A stretch of 64,000 bases of DNA from a virus, in the IMG/VR virus record IMGVR_UViG_3300045988_146774, positions 1-64,000 of that record; one strand, given 5' to 3'. The notes under the pieces are model-generated. The model saw only the letters and a list, made by a program, of their open reading frames with translations, was not told where the DNA came from and searched no databases. How positions within the stretch are numbered: position 1 is the first letter of the stretch; every line of letters begins with the position of its first letter. A program made the position numbers and the translations under genes. Shown piece by piece: positions 35,323 to 44,300 of the stretch.

Positions 35323-35417
35323 ATTATACATCACATCCAATCTCGCAATCTCATTCAGAGAATATATAAGAGACGCTTAAGAACTACAGATTCATAAAAA
35401 GAAACGGGGAAATAAAT

Positions 35418-36299
35418 ATGCGAAAAACAAACACAACAGAAATAGCAATGGCTGAAACATCGGAAACTAAAACAACATCAACACAGACTCCAATCGAAAT
35501 CGCACTTAAGATTGATGAAAATGGAATGACAACTGCAAGCCAGTTATATTCTTTCTTAGAATTAGATCCTTCTAATTTTTCAAGATGGTGCACTCGTAAT
35601 ATTAAAAATAATAAATTTGCTATAGAAAATACAGATTATATAGTTTTCGTCATGAAGGAAGAAAACTCATCTGGAGGCAGACCAAGAACTGACTATCATC
35701 TCACATCAGACTTTGCAAAGAAATTATCTATGACAGGCAATTCAGAAAGACATGAACAAGCCAGGGATTATTTTATTGCATGTGAACAAGGATTAAAAAT
35801 AGCCACAACCAAATTAAAATCACAACAGAACAATTTAGAACCGCTTTTTGATGCTATTACTACTCTTACGCAAACAATTGCATCCATGCAGCAAGATATT
35901 TCTTCTATCAAAAAATCATCTCAAAAGAAGAAACTTTCGGAAAAGAAATATTCTCGTTGGAAAACAAATACATTCTCAAAGTTAAATACTCTTACGCAAT
36001 ATGTAAATGAGAATTCAGACCAAACATTGCAACTGAAAGATACCATTCATATCACAATCAATGAGTTGGAAGACACATACAACATAGAACTTTCAGATTA
36101 TGTGCAGGCTTATAAATCAGAATTCAATCTTGAAACAGAACCATACGTAATAGATGTTATCAATCATTATAAAGACATCCGTGACATGTATACTCTCGTT
36201 TTAGATCATATTATGGAAAAACTAAATCTAAACACAAGAGATAAATCTACAGATAAAAATATTTTTGATATCCTTGCAGAAAATATGGCGATTGCATAA
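35418..36299 (+). CDS. AntA/AntB-type phage antirepressor
   Basis: ASQLYSFLELDPSNFSRWCTRNI...FAIENTDY...GGRPRTDYHLTSDFAKKLSMTGNSERHEQARDYFIACEQ matches the AntA domain pattern. Confidence 0.8.
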   Translation: MRKTNTTEIAMAETSETKTTSTQTPIEIALKIDENGMTTASQLYSFLELDPSNFSRWCTRNIKNNKFAIENTDYIVFVMKEENSSGGRPRTDYHLTSDFAKKLSMTGNSERHEQARDYFIACEQGLKIATTKLKSQQNNLEPLFDAITTLTQTIASMQQDISSIKKSSQKKKLSEKKYSRWKTNTFSKLNTLTQYVNENSDQTLQLKDTIHITINELEDTYNIELSDYVQAYKSEFNLETEPYVIDVINHYKDIRDMYTLVLDHIMEKLNLNTRDKSTDKNIFDILAENMAIA

Positions 36300-36468
36300 A
36301 CAGATGCTTAAATCACATAAAATGACATCTAAAATCAATTCCACTATCATACCCTACCAATTTACCACCTACCGGCATAAAGTCGCTTAAATCTCTCTCA
36401 GCTCAAAAATACTCCACAGACAGCATGTAAAGAATAATATATTACATACCAAAAAATAGACACAACAT

Positions 36469-36499
36469 AAGACAGGCAACAAAGTCTGTCTTATTTTAT
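36469..36499 (+). terminator. intrinsic terminator
   Basis: AAGACAG-N10-CTGTCTT stem followed by ATTTTAT. Confidence 0.6.
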
Positions 36500-36847
36500 A
36501 TCTATTAAATCACCCAAAAACACATCATTCTATATCCGCCCACCAAATCTTAATAAATGACATCAATTTTAATTCAAACACCCATACCCTACCAACTTTA
36601 CACTAAGCATATAAAAATTAAAATAAGCATCAAATCATTAAGATTTTCTCCACATACACAAGTAAGAAAAATTGATTCTACTCTTCTGTTCCAGAATATA
36701 AATCGCAGAATGAAAATTACACTACAAACAATTCTCTTCACGGAGAATACTATATTGAATCGCTTTATCATTAATATCTACTCATGCAATCACAAACCGA
36801 GAAATTAAAAAATCCAAACACATACAAAAGGAAGGATAAGAAAAAAT

Positions 36848-37666
36848 ATGAAACTAAAATTAATTACAACAGAAACCTTTAATACAGTACCATGTGACTT
36901 CTATAGAAATATGAATGATGACATGTTACTTACAAGAGAACAAATTGGACAAGCATTAGAATACAAAGATCCATCCAAGGCAATTCGTAAGATTCATCTA
37001 AAACACAAGGACAGATTAGAACCATTATGCATAAGGCTGAAATTAGACAATAACCAGAATGGGGCTAACCTGTCAAAAAGCGAAGAACAAGAAAGAGTTT
37101 ATTATACGCAACGAGGAATTATGGAATTATGCAGATGGTCTAGACAACCAAAGGCTGACAAATTCATGGATTGGGCATGGGATATCATTGAATCCTACAG
37201 AAATAATACTCTCTCATCACAGAATATAGATATGAAAGCATTCACGGATATCCTTACATCATTATCCAATACACAGGCTGCAATGGCACAGACATTAAAT
37301 CTGCTCAATGAAAAGATTAATAATACAGAAGAACAACCTAGACCAAAGAGGAAATATTCTTACTGGACTTCTAAGATGTTTCCGAAGTATGAGGAATTAA
37401 TGGATTATCTTGGATATGAATCAAATGGAAAATTATATAAATATCTCTACAAAGAATTCAATGACATGTATCCAGATTATGATTTGCGTCAAGTCGCTGA
37501 TGATTATTGTTACGAGAATAAATTAGAGACATGTTTTACATTGGATGCTATTGAGCATGATAAGACAATCAGAAAATTATTTGAAAGAATGGTAGATAAT
37601 CTTTTGGAAGAATGTAGAAAAGGATATGAAGAAAGAAAATGTGATGTTATTTCTAATCATGGATAG
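36848..37666 (+). CDS. BRO-N/antirepressor-like DNA-binding protein
   Basis: N-terminus ETFNTVPCDFYRN..DMLLTREQIGQALEYKDPSKAIRKIHLKH resembles BRO-N / prophage antirepressor domains. SD AAGGAAGGA upstream. Confidence 0.6.
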   Translation: MKLKLITTETFNTVPCDFYRNMNDDMLLTREQIGQALEYKDPSKAIRKIHLKHKDRLEPLCIRLKLDNNQNGANLSKSEEQERVYYTQRGIMELCRWSRQPKADKFMDWAWDIIESYRNNTLSSQNIDMKAFTDILTSLSNTQAAMAQTLNLLNEKINNTEEQPRPKRKYSYWTSKMFPKYEELMDYLGYESNGKLYKYLYKEFNDMYPDYDLRQVADDYCYENKLETCFTLDAIEHDKTIRKLFERMVDNLLEECRKGYEERKCDVISNHG

Positions 37667-37675
37667 AGAATAGAT

Positions 37676-37892
37676 AAGAAGACAGATTGTTTGATTTATT
37701 AATCTTCAATCCAATCATAAACAATCGAATGAAAAATTACGGAGTAAATGGACGACAGTTCATTTACGGAGTATTAGTCTGTCTTCTTAAATAGTTATAT
37801 ATCTTGTTTCGGTTCGGCAGACGTACCCAAAGGTGACGTCAAAATTCCGATTTTTAGAAATCCGACGTACCCAAAAGTGACGTTTGCCGAAC
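37676..37892. promoter_or_regulatory. nested inverted/direct repeat control region
   Basis: 11-bp IR AAGAAGACAGA/TCTGTCTTCTT (37676-86 / 37778-88) encloses TTACGGAGTA x2 (37737, 37764). 8-bp IR GTTCGGCA/TGCCGAAC (37812-19 / 37885-92) encloses the 20-bp DR GACGTACCCAAA(G/A)GTGACGT (37820-39, 37864-83). Confidence 0.6.
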
Positions 37893-37919
37893 TCACGTAA
37901 AAAACGAAGGAGGTTTGTA

Positions 37920-38726
37920 TTGCAAAAAACAGAATACTTTACTAGATTCCCCAACGAATACATCCAGGGGGATATTAAAACGAAATTTGGAGTTAGTAGG
38001 AAATTTTATATTACTTACATTCTAATTGACAAATATAGATCCTACGAGGACTATAGTTGGATTACTATCAGAAAGGTTCTTGAATTTTATGGTTATAAAA
38101 CCACAAAAAGAAAACCAAAAGCGTTCCAAGAAATATTAGACGTTCTTGAATACATGATAAATAACAAGATGATTGTGGTAAAACAAGATTTAGACTCTAT
38201 CGGCTATGATACTGGAATAGAAATAAAAGTTATTCCAGATAATTTCGAAGCAAGAGAAAATTTTTCTAAAATCACATCGTCTCAATTAGATTTCATTATG
38301 ATGAATGAATCTAGTATCAATAAAGAGAACATATTAATGACATTTCTCTATATCAATTCTTACATATTCTTCAGACCAAAAATTAACAATGAAGAGGTGT
38401 TATATAACCCAGAAGAAAAACCGGAAGCTTTTTTCAGAAGCTTAAAAACGATGGCTGAAGATTTAAAAACATCAAAAGACAGTATAACACAATGTATTAA
38501 ATATCTAACTTCTCAATTTGGAGATATCAATCCACTTCTTATAAAAAAAGAAGTTGGAAGCATCCAACAAGATCCAAATAAGCCACCTAAAAATTTACCA
38601 AACATTTATGTCTTGAATCAGGAGGGATACGAAAAAGAAATAGAATGGGCACTTAAAAAGATGCTGAAAGCATATAATATAGATTCTTTTGGGAAATTGA
38701 AAGGTAGAAATACAAAAACAAAATAA
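37920..38726 (+). CDS. hypothetical protein (TTG start); the position suggests a DNA-binding or replication-initiator role
   Basis: TTG 37920 sits 6 nt after AGGAGG. The longest ORF (37884) starts inside the repeat region. No motif recognised. Confidence 0.55.
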   Translation: MQKTEYFTRFPNEYIQGDIKTKFGVSRKFYITYILIDKYRSYEDYSWITIRKVLEFYGYKTTKRKPKAFQEILDVLEYMINNKMIVVKQDLDSIGYDTGIEIKVIPDNFEARENFSKITSSQLDFIMMNESSINKENILMTFLYINSYIFFRPKINNEEVLYNPEEKPEAFFRSLKTMAEDLKTSKDSITQCIKYLTSQFGDINPLLIKKEVGSIQQDPNKPPKNLPNIYVLNQEGYEKEIEWALKKMLKAYNIDSFGKLKGRNTKTK

Positions 38727-38932
38727 ATATATGGGGAATATATAAGTAGAGAGATGTCATTATAAAACAACACCTCTCATTTGGATGGCGTATGAGAATG
38801 AAAGACGGAATAGAAAAGATTCGTACCTATTTACATTTCGTTCTCATAGTTGATGCTAAAACAATTAATCTCACATCAAGAAAGGATGACCAGAGATGAA
38901 TAATTTTATAAACAAAAAGGAGAACAACAAAT

Positions 38933-39190
38933 ATGACAAACGAAACAGAAACAGTAAACTCACAGAACCATAACACATTACATATCCCAAGCCGTGAAGA
39001 ATTTCATAAGAGATATGGTGGAGAAATCCGGGGGTATGATTTTTGCACAGACTACTACCCCATTTCTATTGGACAAGATAAAGGTTCTAGAATCGCTGAA
39101 CAGATTGAAAGAGATAGAAAGCGTGAAGAGAAATTATATATGGAAGAAGCTGCTAATAAAGAAAGATGTAAAAAATATGAAGAGGAGTAA
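38933..39190 (+). CDS. hypothetical protein
   Basis: 85-aa ORF with SD AAGGAGA upstream. Confidence 0.6.
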   Translation: MTNETETVNSQNHNTLHIPSREEFHKRYGGEIRGYDFCTDYYPISIGQDKGSRIAEQIERDRKREEKLYMEEAANKERCKKYEEE

Positions 39191-39194
39191 GGAT

Positions 39195-39398
39195 ATGGAA
39201 AATTTAGAAGAAAAGTTAGAAGTAATCAAATATGGAGATACCTATTCAAAATGTGTAGATAAAGATTGTGAAAATTGTAGTGATTTAGAAGAATGCTATT
39301 CTCGTACAAATGAAGAATTAAATGATAAATATGCAAAATCCTTGGACTATGGTGGTTTCGATTCTGCTGAAGAATTCTGGGAACAAGTATATAACTAG
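39195..39398 (+). CDS. hypothetical protein (67 aa)
   Basis: ATG 39195 sits 7 nt after GAGGAG. The longer ORF from 38994 overlaps the previous gene. Confidence 0.55.
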   Translation: MENLEEKLEVIKYGDTYSKCVDKDCENCSDLEECYSRTNEELNDKYAKSLDYGGFDSAEEFWEQVYN

Positions 39399-39416
39399 GT
39401 GGTGATAGGATAATAA

Positions 39417-42029
39417 ATGAGTGAATTTGGAATTAAAATAAAGAATATTGAAGCAAGCACTTTATATGAATATAACAATGGTGTCAGAGATCATTATGAA
39501 TACAAAGATGCAATGTTTACCAACAGTCTATTTAGTGATTATCTAAAAGATAACGGATTAAAAGTATGGAAAGAAGAATCTACTAGAGATATTATCTGTT
39601 TAGAATTTAATTTTGGATCAAGATCGTATGAAGAAGAAATTAATCATCTAAAAAAAGTCGCAATTAAAGCTCGTACAGAATATAAATTAGCCAAATCTTT
39701 TAAATATCAAACGCAAATTCAAAAAAAGAAAAATAAGCGTCAAAAATTATCCCAATTATTTAGAGAAGCACAATTGAATAAAGAAAAATATCTAAAGCAT
39801 ACCAAAGAAGATATTCGCACTATTTTTTATAACGATGGTGTAAATGTGGAATATATAACTAGAAAAAAGAATGGGGATATTATAAAACGAGAAACCATTC
39901 ACTACAAAATGTTATATAGAAGCACTGGAAAAGCAAAAAAAGGTTCCTGTATGTTTATATGCGATAGGCTATATAAAAAAGCTATAAAATTCTTATACAT
40001 GGGTATTAAATTGCCAAAGAAGAATTCTCCTATCGTAGAAATTAGTGCCTATGCCCCTCTTATATCTAGTGCAATAGTCGGAAAGGTAAAAATCAATCCT
40101 AAAAATATTTTAATATTAAAAGATGTCGATCGTTATTTTGATACAAAAGTTGTTGCAGTTAAAACAGATGAGAACCGGCAATGTTATGCGGAGCATATTG
40201 ATAATTATAAATTAAAAAATACTCTATTCGACGGACAAGCTCTTATAGATAGTAGTATTTTTCCAGAATGGGGAAATGGATATATCTTATTAAGACATCA
40301 TTTTTGTAAAATGGCTGCATTTAGTACGAACATCCAACAATTTTTTAAAGATTATTTTGGAGATGACTATTACTCTGCTACTGTCAAAGATATGTTTGGG
40401 AATGAACATTATGTAAAAGATATAGAATTGATAACCACAGATAATGCAATGAAGTGGTTAAAATTTGATATATCTTATGAGTATTGGTGCGAAAAAGTTT
40501 ATGAGAATAATTGCATGTTTGGAATTGTTAAGACAGCTCATGAAAGTAAACTCGGGGAAGTTCAAAGAATGAGTTATCAAATGGTCAATTGTTTAGATGA
40601 ATCTATTATGGAGAATGTAGTCAAGGAAAGTGTTGATTATGTTGAAATGCTTAAACAGAATGATGACGAATTTTTAAAGTATCTTGAAAAAAATAAGAAT
40701 TTTTCAAATGATTACGAAGTTTTAATTGCATTATGTGAGCAGAATCGAGATTTCTTAAGAAGCTCATATTTTAGAAGAAGAAAAAGAAAAATTATTGAAA
40801 ATTATGTATTAAATATGAAAAGTGGAAAACTAATACAGAATGCAGAAAATCTTGTCGTAGTTGGTTCTCCATATGCTATGCTCTTATATGCAGCAACGGG
40901 TGAGGAAAATTCTGTTGATGATGATGACACATTTTTTGTAGAATCTGGAACAGTTCAATGTTATACAGAGAGATTTAATAGTGGTGAGCATCTTGCGTTT
41001 TTTAGAAGTCCATTCAATAGTCAAAACAATTTAACATATTTACATAATACTTATCATAAAAAGTTAGATAAATATTTCAATCTTGGACGACAGTGTATTG
41101 CAATTAATATGAATGGGACTGATGCACAAGATAGAAACAATGGGATGGACATGGATTCTGATAGCGGGTATACAACCAATCAACCGGATATAGTTCAACA
41201 TGCAAAAAAATGTTATTCAGACCATCCTACTATTGTAAATCTTATTCCTAGAGATTCAAAAAAATATAATCGATCTATGGATGAATATGCATTGATTGAT
41301 AATAACCTTGCGAATTCACAATTAGATATAGGGTTGTCTAGTAATCTAGCACAAATAGCTAGAACATATTCTTGCAATTTCAATGACGAAAAATATGTAG
41401 ATTACGTTTGTATTTTAAGTGTTTTGGCTCAGGTCGCAATAGACAATGCCAAGCGTCGCTTTGATATTGATCTTGGAGATGAAATAAAACGAATCCAAAA
41501 AGATTTAAATATAAAAACAAACCTTTATCCGTCATTTTGGCTACTTATTAAAAAGAATTTCAAAAAAGACAATATAAATGAAGAATTAAAATGCCCTATG
41601 AATTATTTATATAATTTAGATTTGTCAGAGTTCCATAATTCGACTTCTACTCTTCCAATGTCACATTTTTTCAATAAGTTTGAAATGTCAAATAATATTA
41701 GAACATGTAGAAAAGTTGAAGATCTGATTGCAAAATATTCTTTAAGTCTTTATGATATTAATTCTGGAGATTCTGAAGATAATGATTATTTGTTATTGCG
41801 AAAAGATTTTGATAACTTGATTTCAGATATCCAAAAAATAAAAATATCCAAAAATTATCTAGGATTATTTTCGTGGATGATTGATCGAGCATTTAAAATT
41901 TTGCCAGGAAGTTTAAGAAATCAAAAAAGTATATCTTCTGTTCTAAATAAAAACAAACCCCTTCTTTTAAAAACTTTATACGAAGTAAATTCGTCAAATT
42001 TACTAAAATGTTTCTCAAAAAACTGTTAA
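39417..42029 (+). CDS. putative YonO/RdRP-like single-subunit (two-barrel) RNA polymerase
   Basis: 870 aa. FFRSPFNSQNNL is followed c. 45 aa later by CIAINMNG..NNGMDMDSDSG (Asp578/580/582, nt 41148-41162), mirroring the R-x-P ... G-x-D-x-D-G-D catalytic loop of RdRP/YonO-type polymerases. No search was run. Confidence 0.55.
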   Translation: MSEFGIKIKNIEASTLYEYNNGVRDHYEYKDAMFTNSLFSDYLKDNGLKVWKEESTRDIICLEFNFGSRSYEEEINHLKKVAIKARTEYKLAKSFKYQTQIQKKKNKRQKLSQLFREAQLNKEKYLKHTKEDIRTIFYNDGVNVEYITRKKNGDIIKRETIHYKMLYRSTGKAKKGSCMFICDRLYKKAIKFLYMGIKLPKKNSPIVEISAYAPLISSAIVGKVKINPKNILILKDVDRYFDTKVVAVKTDENRQCYAEHIDNYKLKNTLFDGQALIDSSIFPEWGNGYILLRHHFCKMAAFSTNIQQFFKDYFGDDYYSATVKDMFGNEHYVKDIELITTDNAMKWLKFDISYEYWCEKVYENNCMFGIVKTAHESKLGEVQRMSYQMVNCLDESIMENVVKESVDYVEMLKQNDDEFLKYLEKNKNFSNDYEVLIALCEQNRDFLRSSYFRRRKRKIIENYVLNMKSGKLIQNAENLVVVGSPYAMLLYAATGEENSVDDDDTFFVESGTVQCYTERFNSGEHLAFFRSPFNSQNNLTYLHNTYHKKLDKYFNLGRQCIAINMNGTDAQDRNNGMDMDSDSGYTTNQPDIVQHAKKCYSDHPTIVNLIPRDSKKYNRSMDEYALIDNNLANSQLDIGLSSNLAQIARTYSCNFNDEKYVDYVCILSVLAQVAIDNAKRRFDIDLGDEIKRIQKDLNIKTNLYPSFWLLIKKNFKKDNINEELKCPMNYLYNLDLSEFHNSTSTLPMSHFFNKFEMSNNIRTCRKVEDLIAKYSLSLYDINSGDSEDNDYLLLRKDFDNLISDIQKIKISKNYLGLFSWMIDRAFKILPGSLRNQKSISSVLNKNKPLLLKTLYEVNSSNLLKCFSKNC

Positions 42030-42317
42030 AAATGCTGTTTTTTGTGCAGACTTAATTTATTTGATATGTAAAAAATGCCCATTTTTCAACGTTTTTCAGC
42101 AATATGCTAATGCCCCCTTATGAGGAGAAAGTGGGCAATGATGCTTGTCTAACATGTTCAAGAGTAAATTTGCGTACGAATTTCGTAATACCAACACAAT
42201 TATCCTCTCCGCTATTATTGCAAATGCGGAATATAAGTAAGCGACACGTGTATATTATTACTCCTTCATTGGAGAATATAGGGGGATGTTTTTCATCTCC
42301 CTACTAAGATTAATATA

Positions 42318-42350
42318 TTGGCGGTGGGTAAAACATCTACTGCCAATTTT
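42318..42350 (+). terminator. intrinsic terminator
   Basis: TTGGCGG-N15-CTGCCAA stem followed by TTTT. Confidence 0.55.
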
Positions 42351-42356
42351 CATATG

Positions 42357-42428
42357 CTGGCGGTAAAGGTTGGATCTTGGCGTGGCTCATAACCATGTAA
42401 AAACTCGGTTCAATTCCGGGGCTTCAGC
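42357..42428 (+). tRNA. degenerate tRNA-like sequence with CAU anticodon loop
   Basis: Good anticodon arm CGTGG-CTCATAA-CCATG and T-arm CTCGG-TTCAATT-CCGGG. The acceptor pairs only 5/7, the D-loop is short and there is an extra nt at position 26. Confidence 0.35.
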
Positions 42429-42437
42429 AACTTGTCT

Positions 42438-42510
42438 AGGGATATAGTTCAGTTGGTAGAACGCTTGATTTGGGATCAAGAGGTCGCACGTTCGAGTCGT
42501 GTTATTCCTA
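42438..42510 (+). tRNA. tRNA-Pro (UGG)
   Basis: Complete hand-folded cloverleaf: acceptor AGGGATA/TATTCCT, D-arm GTTC-AGTTGGTA-GAAC, anticodon arm CTTGA-TTTGGGA-TCAAG, T-arm GCACG-TTCGAGT-CGTGT. Confidence 0.85.
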
Positions 42511-42555
42511 TTACTCCTCTCCTATTTCGGAGAGAAAAATGTACGAAAGGAATGA

Positions 42556-42825
42556 ATTACTATTAAAGAAATTAGTAAAAATGATTTAAAAACTCTAGTT
42601 GAGCGTGGAATTATTGGAAGAACTCATGTTAGATCCAATAGTTCAATCGGTGGATATCATTCTTGTGGTTTTTATGATATTGAAAAGTATAAAGACGGGA
42701 AAAAGAAAGAAAAAGGTAATAAGAATTATCTAAAAACTATTTATGCTCATATTGGAGTAGGTATTACCAGAAATCATATCTATATTGAGGATAAATATGC
42801 TGATATGGTTAATGGAATCAAGTAA
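42556..42825 (+). CDS. protein-like ORF (c. 89 codons) with no canonical start codon
   Basis: Open frame ..ITIKEISKNDLKTLVERGIIGRTHVRSNSSIGGYHSCGFYDIEKYKDGKKK..IYAHIGVGITRNHIYIEDKYADMVNGIK. The only candidates are ATT codons after AAAGGAA, or the out-of-frame ATG at 42552. Confidence 0.3.
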   Translation: MTIKEISKNDLKTLVERGIIGRTHVRSNSSIGGYHSCGFYDIEKYKDGKKKEKGNKNYLKTIYAHIGVGITRNHIYIEDKYADMVNGIK

Positions 42826-42842
42826 ATAATACTTATAGAAAG

Positions 42843-44288
42843 GTGGTTAGTGCCATCGCTAAGAAAAAGAAAGAATCAATAAAGGTTTCATTTGTAGACT
42901 CACCTTCTTCGGAGGATGTTACAGGGAGCCTTATTTTTATATCTGCACCAAATCATAAAATTCTGGTAGATGCAGGATTACATCAAACAAATGATAGATA
43001 TGAAGATTTCTTGGTGAATAATCGAAAATATAAGGAGTTCAAACCAAAAGAAATTGATTATATTTTCCTGACCCATAATCATGCGGATCATTGCTTATTA
43101 TGCCCTAAACTTTATAAAGAAGGATGTAAAGCAAAAGTCATCGTTACAGAAGGGTCTTCTATCGTATTAAAAGATATGGCTGAAGATTGTGCAGAAATAA
43201 ATGAACGTGATGTTCTTATAATTAATAGTCAGAATGATAAAAATTATTCACCGTTATATGGATTAGATGACGTATTTAATATGATGAATTATGTATCAGA
43301 ATATGAATATGATAAGAAATTTTTCATTGATGATGAATTGTCATTTATGTTAATACCAAGTGGTCATTTGCTCGGGAGTTGTCAGGTTTTATTATTTTTA
43401 ACAGTGAATAATGTTACAAAATCCATTCTGATCACAGGCGATATTGGAAATAAAATAATTGAGAATAGGTTTGTTGGACATTATGAGCAGGTGAGGACAT
43501 GTGATTATGTAATTGCAGAGTCTACATATGGAGATAAACCAAAATTAAAGACAGGCAAAAAAGAGCGAAAAAATGATTTAGAAAAATTTAAATCTATAAT
43601 TGAGACACAGATTCATGAATTAAAAGGTCGTGTTGTAATCCCAAGCTTTGCACAATCAAGAATTCAGCAATTAGCTCTTATGATATATGAAATATATAAA
43701 GATGAAGAGTGGAAACCAAAAGTCTATATAGATTCTCCATTGTCGATTAAAATCTTCAAAGACTACGCTGAATGTTTGGTTGGTAAAGACAAAGAAGACT
43801 TTGACAAAATGTTAGAAAGTGGAATTTTTACTTTTGTGAAAGAACCAGAAGATAGTAAGGCTTTAGTGTCTAGTGATGAATCATGTTTAATTTTATCTAC
43901 AAGTGGTATGTGTCAAGTTGGAAGAATAAGACATCATTTAAAGAAATGTATTGTTGATCCAAATTCGACGGTATTATTTGTTGGATTTTCTACAGAGGGT
44001 TCGTTAGCTTCTCTGTTAAAAGACAATAAAAGGAGAAGCGTCACAATTGATCAAAAAGAATATTCATGTAGATGTTCTTCATATTCATTAAAATCAATGA
44101 GTGGACATGCGCCATTCTATCAGCTTGTAGAAAATTATACAGATATAAATTGTCAAAAAATTATATTACATCATGGGTCAGATCTTGCTAAAAAAACTTT
44201 AAAACCAGCCTTAGAAAAAGAACTGGAAAGAAAATGTAAATCAACAAGAGTTGTAATAGCAAACTCTAGCCTGAAATTTACACTCTAG
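42843..44288 (+). CDS. metallo-beta-lactamase-fold beta-CASP nuclease (RNase J/CPSF-like)
   Basis: HNHADH (HxHxDH), AESTYG, SGHL, and STSGMCQVGRIRHHLKK, typical of beta-CASP RNA-metabolising MBL proteins. GTG start. Confidence 0.85.
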   Translation: MVSAIAKKKKESIKVSFVDSPSSEDVTGSLIFISAPNHKILVDAGLHQTNDRYEDFLVNNRKYKEFKPKEIDYIFLTHNHADHCLLCPKLYKEGCKAKVIVTEGSSIVLKDMAEDCAEINERDVLIINSQNDKNYSPLYGLDDVFNMMNYVSEYEYDKKFFIDDELSFMLIPSGHLLGSCQVLLFLTVNNVTKSILITGDIGNKIIENRFVGHYEQVRTCDYVIAESTYGDKPKLKTGKKERKNDLEKFKSIIETQIHELKGRVVIPSFAQSRIQQLALMIYEIYKDEEWKPKVYIDSPLSIKIFKDYAECLVGKDKEDFDKMLESGIFTFVKEPEDSKALVSSDESCLILSTSGMCQVGRIRHHLKKCIVDPNSTVLFVGFSTEGSLASLLKDNKRRSVTIDQKEYSCRCSSYSLKSMSGHAPFYQLVENYTDINCQKIILHHGSDLAKKTLKPALEKELERKCKSTRVVIANSSLKFTL

Positions 44289-44300
44289 GAGTAGCTGCCT

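Noticed and set aside
36557-36808. 83-aa plus-strand ORF in the G-poor leader upstream of 36848
   Set aside because: It has no SD and consists of low-complexity I/K/T/N-rich sequence generated by the A/C/T-only composition.
42104-42307. 67-aa plus-strand ORF between the polymerase-like gene and the tRNAs
   Set aside because: It has no SD, is crossed by strong hairpins and ends in a terminator stem. It is more likely non-coding RNA or spacer.
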